A stretch of 64,000 nucleotides of DNA from Bacteroidota bacterium. GTDB lineage: Bacteria > Bacteroidota > Bacteroidia > Bacteroidales > DYOH01. Under the pieces are notes generated by a model. That model made no database searches, was not told the DNA's origin, and saw nothing but the letters and a program-made list of their open reading frames with translations. The position numbers and the translations under genes were made by a program. Positions 36,505-45,100 of this stretch are shown here, piece after piece. Location of the stretch: positions 4,356 to 68,355 of the forward strand of contig JAIFMY010000022.1 of the NCBI GenBank assembly GCA_020048155.1. Reading direction: 5' to 3'. Positions within the stretch are counted from its first letter, which is position 1. Every line of letters starts with the position of its first letter.

Positions 36505-36531
36505 GAAACTATGCAAAAAAAATTAAGCGAT

Positions 36532-37221
36532 TTACCTTTTTATATAGGTACGCTTGCCTTCATTGTACAAATTGAGCTCCCACATCCTGATTTTGTAGGC
36601 ATGCTTGCTTTTTATTTTCTTGCCATTGCGGGTATAATATGCCCATGCAAGTATTTCATCGTCGATATTTTCGTTACCAGAAATTTTATTCTTCAAATCA
36701 CTTCTATAAAAATTTCCAGTACCTACCGAAAATACGAAGTGTGCAATGGCCAGTTTCTGAAGCCCCTCAAGTGTAGTGTTTCTTTCAACAGCCTTCAGTG
36801 CTTTGGCAAAATCTTTACGTAAAAGGCTGTCTGCTGTTTTGCGGCTAATGGGCTCCTGAAAGCTTTCACCTTCTAATATTACATGCCCGTATCCAATGGT
36901 AGGCTGGCCGGCAGCACAAGTATAAATCAATCCCCCATTATACCCTTCGTGCTTTTTAATATATTCTATGGTTTCAATATAATATCGATTCCAAAGATAG
37001 TCTTCAGTTGCATAGTTTCGTTTGATTGACAAGGCATCGTTATCATCGTTTTTACTTGCCGGCACAACACTCCATCCAAGTATTACGATTATAGTAAGCC
37101 CAATAGCAATGAACGATCTTTTCATAAGTCGGTTTTTAAAATTACGTTGCAAAGGTACGCTACCCTTTCGGTGGTAAGGTCGTTTTTTACAAGGTTCATT
37201 CTTTTTTAACACACTTTTCAT
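36532..37221 (-). CDS. Membrane-anchored or secreted GH24 (T4-lysozyme family) muramidase
   Basis: The segment IKKHEGYNGGLIYTCAAGQPTIGYGH gives an E-x9-C-x5-T arrangement, close to the family E-x8-[D/C]-x5-T triad. There is an N-terminal TM or signal segment (MKRSFIAIGLTIIVILGWSVVPA). The start may be the internal Met at 37125. Confidence 0.7.
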   Translation of the reverse strand: MKSVLKKNEPCKKRPYHRKGSVPLQRNFKNRLMKRSFIAIGLTIIVILGWSVVPASKNDDNDALSIKRNYATEDYLWNRYYIETIEYIKKHEGYNGGLIYTCAAGQPTIGYGHVILEGESFQEPISRKTADSLLRKDFAKALKAVERNTTLEGLQKLAIAHFVFSVGTGNFYRSDLKNKISGNENIDDEILAWAYYTRNGKKIKSKHAYKIRMWELNLYNEGKRTYIKR

Positions 37222-37524
37222 GCTATATATTTATTATACTGACACTTACATCAAATTGGCCATATTAGCACTTCATTTACAAATATCGGCACTTGCTATT
37301 TAACCATCATTAATATCTGATTAAGTGTGCTTTACCATTTTCACACCTACACTTTATTAAGTATACATTTTCAAAATATCCCTATAATAAGCATCTTTTT
37401 ATGGTTAACAAAATGTTAAGGATGAATAGAAATTTTAAAACTTTCGTGTAATTTAATGAAAAAAAGGATAATATTTAGTAACTTTGGTAACGATTGAAAA
37501 ATTTAACACCTAAATTAAAAGATT

Positions 37525-37857
37525 ATGGCCAATGTTTACAAAGGTAGAAATGGCAGTACCGGAATTGGCAGAGTAGGCGCTGATGGTATTATCTACAACA
37601 AAATAAACACTTGTAGTCCGGTAGGCCGCATAGATACTCCCGAAAATTACATTTACGATAGCCAAGGAAATTTCATGGGACGAATAGACCGCGATGGCAA
37701 AGTATACAAATCCAGAACTGGCATTAAGCGCTGTGTGGGACGTATTGATTATAACGGTTTTTTGTACAATACTCCCGAAGGACATGAGTGCATAGCCCAT
37801 GTGCAGCGTGGCGAGGAAATGTATGGTGCTGCATATTTCCTTTTACATGAAATGTAA
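37525..37857 (+). CDS. Small hypothetical protein built from five ~19-aa repeats
   Basis: The 110-aa protein has a recurring (V/I/L)Y-x(3-7)-G-x(2-3)-(I/V)GR(I/V)D-x-x-G unit. The GR dipeptide falls at residues 15, 34, 52 and 72, and Y at 5, 24, 44, 61, 81 and 100. A TAnnTTTG box (taactttg, 37479..37486) lies 38 nt upstream. Confidence 0.55.
   Translation: MANVYKGRNGSTGIGRVGADGIIYNKINTCSPVGRIDTPENYIYDSQGNFMGRIDRDGKVYKSRTGIKRCVGRIDYNGFLYNTPEGHECIAHVQRGEEMYGAAYFLLHEM
37534..37821 (+). repeat. Five tandem ~19-codon repeats within the 110-aa ORF
   Basis: The units are VYKGRNGSTGIGRVGADGI, IYNKINTCSPVGRIDTPENY, IYDSQGNFMGRIDRDGK, VYKSRTGIKRCVGRIDYNGF and LYNTPEGHECIAHVQRGEEM. Confidence 0.75.
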
Positions 37858-37862
37858 GCTTT

Positions 37863-38642
37863 TTGAATCTTTTATTTTCATATAACTCAATTGCCATGCA
37901 TTTACATGGAAAGTACAATTTTTTTATCAAAAATCTGGCTGTTTTTTTGGCCATTTGTGCATTATTTATTTCCCACGTTTTCGCACAAGGAACCTACAAA
38001 ACCTTAGCTGCTATGGAAGCGGAGCTAAAAGCTCTTCAAAATGATAAGCAAAACGTAAAGCTAGTAGAATCAGGTGCCGGAGCTTGGGTAATATTGTACG
38101 GGGAAAATGGTTATTCACAAAACAATTTGCCTTTGCATATATCCAAAAAACTCGATGAAATATATACTTCGAACAAAAATATAAAGCAGATTTGGTGGAA
38201 CGAGGCAGGTGCAAATCTTATATTGTATGGCAACAATTCTTTTTCGGCATACAATATTCCAAAAGCTATGCTTAATAAACTTAAAGAACTCAATGACAAA
38301 AGAAAAGTCATAAATTTTGCATGGATAAATTCAGATAATGCATGGCTCATATTGTATGAAGATTCTGATTTTGCATGCAGCAACATTCCAAACGCCATGA
38401 TGCTCGAACTAAAAAAACTATCAGATGCAAAAGCAAAATGGATTCAGGCAGTATTTACAAATGAAACAAATTGGTTTGTACTCTACGACAAGCACAAGTT
38501 TGTAAATTCGCAAATGCCAATCAGTTTGGTATCCAATATAGAATCGTTGGCTACAACAGACGCAAGTATAGAATACATATATACTCTAGGGAAAAACTGG
38601 ATTTTGATTTACAATTCTAATCAATATGTAACCAGTTTTTAA
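37863..38642 (+). CDS. Secreted hypothetical protein with exact 43-aa periodicity (4.5 repeats)
   Basis: The signal peptide ends …ISHVFA|QG. The unit W-x-(I/V)-L-Y…(N/Q)-(L/I/M)-P…(helix)… recurs with Tyr at 79, 122, 165, 208 and 250 and Pro at 90, 133, 176 and 219. The gene starts 5 nt after the 110-aa gene (alternative start at 37896). Confidence 0.6.
   Translation: MNLLFSYNSIAMHLHGKYNFFIKNLAVFLAICALFISHVFAQGTYKTLAAMEAELKALQNDKQNVKLVESGAGAWVILYGENGYSQNNLPLHISKKLDEIYTSNKNIKQIWWNEAGANLILYGNNSFSAYNIPKAMLNKLKELNDKRKVINFAWINSDNAWLILYEDSDFACSNIPNAMMLELKKLSDAKAKWIQAVFTNETNWFVLYDKHKFVNSQMPISLVSNIESLATTDASIEYIYTLGKNWILIYNSNQYVTSF
38085..38639 (+). repeat. Tandem 129-nt (43-codon) coding repeats, four full units plus a terminal half unit
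   Basis: The units are WVILYGENGYSQNNLPLHISKKLDEI…, LILYGNNSFSAYNIPKAMLNKLKEL…, WLILYEDSDFACSNIPNAMMLELKKL…, WFVLYDKHKFVNSQMPISLVSNIESL… and WILIYNSNQYVTSF. Confidence 0.8.
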
Positions 38643-39291
38643 TTTGATTATTAAGCAAGGTATTTTTTTCAGTTTGCTTGTAATATGTTTCGTTATTTTT
38701 AAATACAATTTCCAAAACCCTAAGCACTACTAAGGATGAAAGAATATCTATGGCCTCGCTACGCCGAATCAGACACAATTTTATAAAGCGCGATAGTGTT
38801 ATAAATTCATTTTCATGCAAATACTTAAATAAAGCATGCTCGGTTTCGGAGAATGACATCTTTATACCATCTACCCTTTTGTGCTTCTTCCATACGTTTA
38901 TCATCACCAAATTGGCCAATTGGTTTTCGTCGGCAACCCTAATGTATGCCCACCATTTACCTTCACGTTCGGCCATGTGAGGTTTATTCGTACTTTCAGG
39001 TACAACTATTTCAAGTACAGTTTTACCATCAATATACCAAGGTTTTGTAGTAAAAAGCACTTCTGGTTTGCAATACAATTGAGCAGCCGCCTGCACCATA
39101 TAATATTCTTCGTCGGACGAAACACCAACAATATTGCCATTATCTTTGACACCAATAAGAAGTTTACCTCCTTGTGTATTGGCAAATGCAACCAGACTGC
39201 GGGCAATTTTACGGGAATCAGTTATAGCGTATTTAAAATCGAGATTCAGACCTTCACCCGAAAAAATCAGATCTTTTATATATTTGGACAT
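38617..39291 (-). CDS. AlbA_2 (Schlafen-like divergent AAA) domain protein with a C-terminal winged-helix-like tail
   Basis: The segment EGLNLDFKYAITDSRKIARSLVAFANTQGGKLLIGVKDNGNIVGV is the characteristic AlbA_2 N-terminal pattern. The protein is 224 aa, and its 3' end overlaps the convergent 259-aa gene by 26 nt. Confidence 0.65.
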   Translation of the reverse strand: MSKYIKDLIFSGEGLNLDFKYAITDSRKIARSLVAFANTQGGKLLIGVKDNGNIVGVSSDEEYYMVQAAAQLYCKPEVLFTTKPWYIDGKTVLEIVVPESTNKPHMAEREGKWWAYIRVADENQLANLVMINVWKKHKRVDGIKMSFSETEHALFKYLHENEFITLSRFIKLCLIRRSEAIDILSSLVVLRVLEIVFKNNETYYKQTEKNTLLNNQIKNWLHID

Positions 39292-39313
39292 ACTTCAAGA
39301 AGCCGAAAGTAAT

Positions 39314-40057
39314 CTAAGAATCGCTTTTAAGTGCGGCCATACATGCTGCTCCAATAATACCAGCATTATTTTCAAGTGCGGCTGCGGTCACCGGTGTGTA
39401 TACCGTGAAATTATGGATAAATTTGTCAAGTTTTTTGCTTGCACCACCCCCTAAAATAAACAATTCGGGTGAAAAAAGAAATTCCAGATACTTCAAATAC
39501 TCATTGAATCTTCTTCCCCATTCGTCCCATGTGAGATCTAGTTTTTTTCGTGTTGCGTCAGAGGCATATTGCTCAGCAACTACTCCTTTAAACTGTAGAT
39601 GTCCAAATTCTGTATTCGGAACCAGAATACCATCAGTGAATATAGCTGTACCAAGCCCGGTACCTATAGTAATGACTATAACTACCCCTTTGGTTTTGGC
39701 AACATGTCCATATAAGAATTCGGCATATCCGGCAGCATCAGCATCATTCAGTACATATACTTTGTTTCCGGTTTTTGCTTCAAAAATTGCAGATGCATTT
39801 GTGCCTATCCAGCTTTTATCGATATTGGAGGCAGTATATACTATCCCATTACGAACCACGGCCGGAAAACCTACTCCAACCAAACCTTTCCACTGAAAAT
39901 TATTGCTAATTGCAGATATTGCATCGGCGACAAGCGCGGGTGTAGATGGCTTTGGTGTATCTACCCTATATCTTTCAGTTATAAATGCACCTGTTTCTGT
40001 ATTTATAATGGCCCCCTTAATTCCTGATCCGCCAACATCTATACCTAAAACATTCAT
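39314..40057 (-). CDS. ppgK: ROK-family polyphosphate/ATP glucokinase
   Basis: The protein begins MNVLGIDVGGSGIKGAIIN (ATP-binding DxGGT/S-type) and has the ROK core (VLNDADAAGYAE, TIGTGLGTAIF, EFGH). The ORF-track start at 40141 adds a non-homologous 28-aa leader, so I chose the internal ATG at 40057. Confidence 0.8.
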   Translation of the reverse strand: MNVLGIDVGGSGIKGAIINTETGAFITERYRVDTPKPSTPALVADAISAISNNFQWKGLVGVGFPAVVRNGIVYTASNIDKSWIGTNASAIFEAKTGNKVYVLNDADAAGYAEFLYGHVAKTKGVVIVITIGTGLGTAIFTDGILVPNTEFGHLQFKGVVAEQYASDATRKKLDLTWDEWGRRFNEYLKYLEFLFSPELFILGGGASKKLDKFIHNFTVYTPVTAAALENNAGIIGAACMAALKSDS

Positions 40058-40355
40058 AGCTATGAGTTTTAAATTTAATATACTCCTAAACTGGATTCTA
40101 AAAATCAAAAATAAGATTTTTATACCTTTTAAACAAACCAAAGCTACATAAAAATAGAAACAAAATTTAAATAATTATAACAAATATTTTTCAACCCCCT
40201 TCATATATGCTTTCATCTGCATTTTTTTACTCTTTATTCATATCTTACCCCATTTTTTTTATGGGTATAAATATTTTTTTTACTTTTTTTTTATACACAT
40301 ACCCCTTATTTATTAAAACTAAATCATTATTTTTGCCGAGTATAAAAATTGATTT

Positions 40356-41657
40356 ATGAAAGCAAGATTAACAATTCTCTTAGTTATTTTCTTAGGTTTT
40401 AGTTTGCTAGGGGCAGTTATAAGCTACCCTACAGGAAGCGCAGATACCTCAAGTCTGGTAGGTGCAGATATAGCTTGGATGCTCACAGCAACTGCATTGG
40501 TTCTGCTTATGACTCCCGGCCTCTCCTTTTTTTATGGAGGTATGGTTCAAAAGAAAAACATAATATCTACTATGCTTCAGAGTTTCATATCAATGGGTGT
40601 AGTCAGTATTTTGTGGGTTGTAGTAGGGTTCAGCTTAGCATTTGGCGAAAGCATAGGAGGCGCAGGCACGGGTATTTTCGGAAATCCGCTCACTTTTTTT
40701 ATGTTTAAAAACGTAGGTATAGCACCGGATGGAGCACTTTCACCGACCATTCCTTTAGCGCTCTTTGCTATGTTTCAATTAAAATTTGCTATAATCACTC
40801 CTGCTCTTATAACAGGTTCTTTTGCCGAAAGAGTAAGGTTCTCAAGCTATCTGTTGTTCATATGTTTGTTCATAATATTTATATATGCCCCACTCGCACA
40901 TATGACCTGGCATCCGAATGGCTTGTTCAGAAATTGGGGAGTACTTGATTTTGCAGGAGGTACTGTAGTACACATGTCAGCCGGATTTGCAGCACTGGCA
41001 GGTGCGTTTTATCTAGGCCCCCGCATGGAACAACGACAAATTCAGCCAAATATCCCTTATGTATTGCTGGGCACCGGAATGCTATGGTTTGGTTGGTTCG
41101 GATTCAATGCTGGTTCAGCTCTGCAAGCGTCTGGTTTGGCAGTTACTGCTTTTATTAATACCAATATTGCATCGGCCTCTGCCATGCTGGCATGGATTTT
41201 TCTGGAAGGTGCAAAAGGAAAAAAACCAGGTGCATTAGGAGCTAGTATTGCGGCTGTAGTAGGCTTGGTAGCCATAACCCCTGCAGCAGGATATGTGAGC
41301 GTGGGGGCAAGTATTTTCATTGGTGCAGCGGCCTCACTTGTTAGCAATTTTGCCATTAGTATGAAAAGCAAAACTACACTTGACGATACACTTGATGTAT
41401 TCCCTGCTCATGGCATGGGTGGCATAGTAGGTATGTTACTAACAGCAGTATTTGCAAAGGATGTAGGTCTTATATTTGGAGAAACAACCACATTTCTAAA
41501 CCATTTGCTTGCATTGGTAATAGTAGGTACATTTACATTTGGAGGCTCATATGCACTTTATTGGTTAACCGATAAAATTTGGAAAATAAGGGTAACAAAA
41601 GAACAGGAAGAAGAAGGTTTAGATTTAAGCCAGCATAACGAAACCATATATCGCTAA
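40356..41657 (+). CDS. amt: Ammonium transporter (Amt family)
   Basis: The 433-aa polytopic protein has Amt signatures (DFAGGTVVHMSAGFAALAGA, WFGWFGFNAGSAL, DDTLDVFPAHGMGGIVG). Confidence 0.95.
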   Translation: MKARLTILLVIFLGFSLLGAVISYPTGSADTSSLVGADIAWMLTATALVLLMTPGLSFFYGGMVQKKNIISTMLQSFISMGVVSILWVVVGFSLAFGESIGGAGTGIFGNPLTFFMFKNVGIAPDGALSPTIPLALFAMFQLKFAIITPALITGSFAERVRFSSYLLFICLFIIFIYAPLAHMTWHPNGLFRNWGVLDFAGGTVVHMSAGFAALAGAFYLGPRMEQRQIQPNIPYVLLGTGMLWFGWFGFNAGSALQASGLAVTAFINTNIASASAMLAWIFLEGAKGKKPGALGASIAAVVGLVAITPAAGYVSVGASIFIGAAASLVSNFAISMKSKTTLDDTLDVFPAHGMGGIVGMLLTAVFAKDVGLIFGETTTFLNHLLALVIVGTFTFGGSYALYWLTDKIWKIRVTKEQEEEGLDLSQHNETIYR

Positions 41658-41683
41658 AAGCAAAGTCACCCAATAGTTAACAC

Positions 41684-41735
41684 ACGAAACCACGAATTGT
41701 TGATTAAGCGTACAATCAATAATTCGTGGTTTCGT
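41684..41735. terminator. Strong bidirectional rho-independent terminator between amt and the DUF3467 gene
   Basis: A 22-bp stem (acgaaaccacgaattgttgatt / aatcaataattcgtggtttcgt, one G-T pair) has an 8-nt loop and is followed by tgttatttt. Confidence 0.8.
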
Positions 41736-41756
41736 TGTTATTTTAGATTAAGAAAA

Positions 41757-42074
41757 TTAAGCCTCTGCAGTAGGTCCGCCAAAATTAAGGGGAAAGGCCA
41801 TTACTGCTTCGGCATTTTTAATTTTGCCAAAATTCTCTTCATACTTGATAACGTTTTCCGATAAAGCTTTGAGCATTCGTTTTGCGTGTTCAGGTGTCAG
41901 AATAATGCGTGAAACAACTTTTGCTTTGGGCATACCGGGCATAACCCTGATGTAGTCCATTACAAATTCCGACGATGAATGGGTAATAATAGCAAGGTTG
42001 GCATATTCACCCATTGCATTTTCTTCAGGCAATTCTATGCTTATCTGTTGCTGTTTGTTTTTGTCTTCGTTCAT
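41757..42074 (-). CDS. DUF3467-family small protein
   Basis: The 105-aa protein has the pattern …GEYANLAIITHSSSEFVMDYIRVMPGMPKAKVVSRIILTPEHAKRMLKAL…YEENFG. It sits directly downstream of rpoC, as in other Bacteroidota (recalled synteny). Confidence 0.6.
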   Translation of the reverse strand: MNEDKNKQQQISIELPEENAMGEYANLAIITHSSSEFVMDYIRVMPGMPKAKVVSRIILTPEHAKRMLKALSENVIKYEENFGKIKNAEAVMAFPLNFGGPTAEA

Positions 42075-42097
42075 ACGATATAATGTATAATGTGTTA

Positions 42098-42135
42098 TTA
42101 AAAAAGTATAGCAAGCACACTTGGCTTGCTATACT
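42098..42135 (-). terminator. Hairpin with T-run after rpoC (terminator or attenuator)
   Basis: A perfect 12-bp stem (agtatagcaagc / gcttgctatact) has a 7-nt loop. On the minus strand it is followed by TTTTTAA. Confidence 0.6.
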
Positions 42136-42186
42136 TAGAATATCGGTTAAATTCTTCGCAATTTTTTCACGAAGGATCCATGCATA

Positions 42187-45100
42187 TTAGTGTTGCTTAG
42201 CTGAAATCAGAGAATCGTAATGTTCCTTTGATCCAACAATAATATCAGTGTAAAGTCTTATGCCAGAACCAGCAGGAATCTGATGTCCAACTATAACGTT
42301 CTCTTTCAAACCTTCCAGACCATCTGTTTTGCCCATAATGGCCGCTTCGTTCAGCACTTTGGTAGTTTCCTGGAAGGAAGCTGCACTGATAAAGCTTTGG
42401 GTTTGCAATGCTGCACGGGTTATACCTTGCAGAATCTGGCTGGAAGTAGCAGGCGATGCATCGCGAGCCACTATAAGTTTCAAATCTTTACGCTTAAGTA
42501 TAGAATTTTCATCTCGCAATTTACGTACAGTGATAATCTGACCGGGACGCAAGTCTGAATCACCTTGATCATCAATCACTTTTTTACCATAAATACGGTC
42601 ATTTTCTTCCATGAAATCCCATTTGTCAACAATCTGTTTCTCAAGAAATTCTGTATCCCCAGGTTCGTCAATTTGCACCTTACGCATCATTTGGCGTACA
42701 ATCACTTCAAAGTGCTTATCGTTAATTTTCACACCTTGTAAGCGGTAAACCTCTTGAACTTCGTTCACAATATACTCTTGTACTTCAGTAGGACCTTTAA
42801 TAGATAGAATATCTGAAGGCGTAATAGATCCGTCTGACAAAGCCATACCAGCACGAACATAATCGTTTTCCTGCACCAAAATCTGTTTGGAAAGTGGTAC
42901 TAAATAACGTTTGATATCTTCGCCTGATTTGGAGGTAATGATAATTTCGCGTTGTCCACGCTTGATTTTATTACCAAAACTTACTTCACCGTCAATTTCA
43001 GAAACTATGGCCGGATTGCTCGGATTACGAGCTTCGAAAAGCTCCGTTACACGAGGCAAACCACCGGTGATATCACCTACTTTACCAACTGCCCTGGGAA
43101 TTTTTGCCAACACCATACCTGCAACCAAAGGTTGATCATCGTCTACTGAAATGTGTGCACCAACCGGAAGGTTGTATGTACGAATAACCATACCATCAGT
43201 ATCAACAATACGCAAGGCCGCATTCTTAGATTTATCTTTGGTTTCAATAACTACCTTCTCGCGGAAACCGGTTTGTTCGTCGGCTTCTTCCTTATAAGTT
43301 ATACCACCAATAAGACTATCATACTCAATTTTACCGCTGGCCTCAGTAACTATAACGGCGTTGAAAGGATCCCACTCGCAAATAAGTGTACCACTTTTTA
43401 CTTCGTCACCATTTTTCACATATAGCTTGGCACCATAAGGAATATGTTGAGTTGTAAGAGCAATTTTTGTGTTTTTATCGAGCATACGCAAGTCGGCCAT
43501 ACGACCAATAACTACATCGTATTTTTCTTCGGTATTCGGATCTTTGTATTCTACTGTACGTAACTCGTCTATTTGAACTATACCATCGTATTTAGCAATG
43601 ATAGTAGATTCAGTAGCGATGTTACCTGCAGTACCCCCCACGTGGAACGTACGAAGAGTAAGCTGAGTACCAGGTTCACCGATAGACTGAGCAGCAATAA
43701 CTCCCACAGCTTCACCAATCTGAACTTTACGTCCTGTGGCTAGGTTGCGGCCATAACATTTGGCACAAACACCTTTTCTCGATTCGCAGGTTAATACCGA
43801 GCGAATCTCAATGCGGTCAATAGGAGAATTCTCAATGCGAGCAGCAATCTCATCACTAATTTCTTCACCAGAAGAAACTATCATTTCGCCTGTATTCGGA
43901 TGGAAAATATCATGTACCGAAGTGCGGCCAATGATACGTTCATACAATTTCTCAACTATTTCATCATTCTTACGCAACGCAGTGGCTTCAATACCACGTA
44001 AAGTACCGCAATCGTCCTGAGTAATAATTACATCCTGAGCTACATCTACCAAACGACGAGTCAAATAACCCGCATCAGCTGTTTTGAGGGCAGTATCGGC
44101 CAAACCTTTACGTGCACCGTGTGTAGATATAAAATACTCAAGTACCGATAGACCTTCTTTAAAGTTAGAAAGAATAGGATTTTCGATAATCTCAGCACCG
44201 GCAGCTCCAGATTTTTGAGGTTTGGCCATAAGACCCCTCATACCAGAAAGCTGACGAATTTGCTCTTTAGAACCACGGGCTCCGGAGTCGAGCATCATAA
44301 ATACAGAGTTGAAGCCTTGTTGGTCGCTTGTTAAGCGAGTCATAAGGGTATCAGTAAGACGCGCGTTTATGTGCGTCCAGATATCGATAATCTGGTTGTA
44401 GCGTTCGTTGTTGGTTATAACACCATTTTCATAGTTGTCCAATACCTCTTCTACTTGCTTGTAACCATCGTCTACCATCCTTTGTTTATCTTCAGGTATA
44501 ATCACATCGTTCAGGTTGAACGAGAGACCACCTTTGAAAGCCATACGGAAACCTAATTCTTTGATGTCATCAAGGAATTCGGCAGTACGGGCAGTACCAC
44601 ATATTTTAAGCACATTACCTATGATATCGCGAAGTGCCTTTTTGGTAAGCAGTGTATTGATATATCCAACCTCAACAGGAACCGACTGGTTGAAAATGAT
44701 TCTACCTACAGTAGTTTCAATAATTTTACCATAAGGTGTGCGACTTACTTCAGGCGAAATCTTCACTTTTACATTGGCGTGTAAGTCAACTTTACCCTCG
44801 TTGTATGCAATGATGGCTTCTTCAGCAGAGTAAAAAATAAGCCCTTGACCTTTTACAAAGTGCTCAGGGGAACTTTTCCGCGGTTTGGTAATATAGTACA
44901 AACCAAGAACCATGTCTTGCGATGGAACTGTGATAGGTGCACCGTTTGCAGGGTTAAGAATATTGTGTGAGGCAAGCATGAGCAACTGAGCTTCCAAAAC
45001 TGCAGCATTGCCTAAAGGCAAATGCACAGCCATTTGGTCACCGTCAAAGTCGGCATTGAATGCGGTACATACCAGCGGGTGCAACTGTATAGCCTTACCT

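Noticed and set aside
36532-37221. The GH24 lysozyme as a prophage endolysin remnant.
   Set aside because: No holin, spanin, terminase, capsid, tail or integrase genes occur within the window. It is retained instead as part of an accessory cassette hypothesis.
39396-39896. Long antisense ORFs opposite well-supported genes. Examples are 39396..39896, 51429..51935, 51529..52026, 52145..52594, 47519..48025, 35801..36262, 58379..88882 (read as 58379..58882) and 4157..4585.
   Set aside because: Each lies entirely within a gene that has clear family motifs on the other strand. Their translations are low-complexity with no recognisable motifs, which is typical of shadow ORFs.
39314-40141. N-terminal extensions in the ORF track for ppgK (start 40141) and rplA (start 52154).
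   Set aside because: The extra residues (MVCLKGIKILFLIFRIQF… and MITTNVRIK) are not family-like. The rplA extension would overlap rplK. The internal ATGs at 40057 and 52127 give canonical N-termini.
40246-40307. A direct repeat TACCCC(A/T)T, 54 nt apart, amid long T-runs upstream of amt, as a possible regulator-binding site.
   Set aside because: The match is short in an AT-rich promoter region, and there is no second half-site symmetry. I cannot distinguish it from chance without comparative data.
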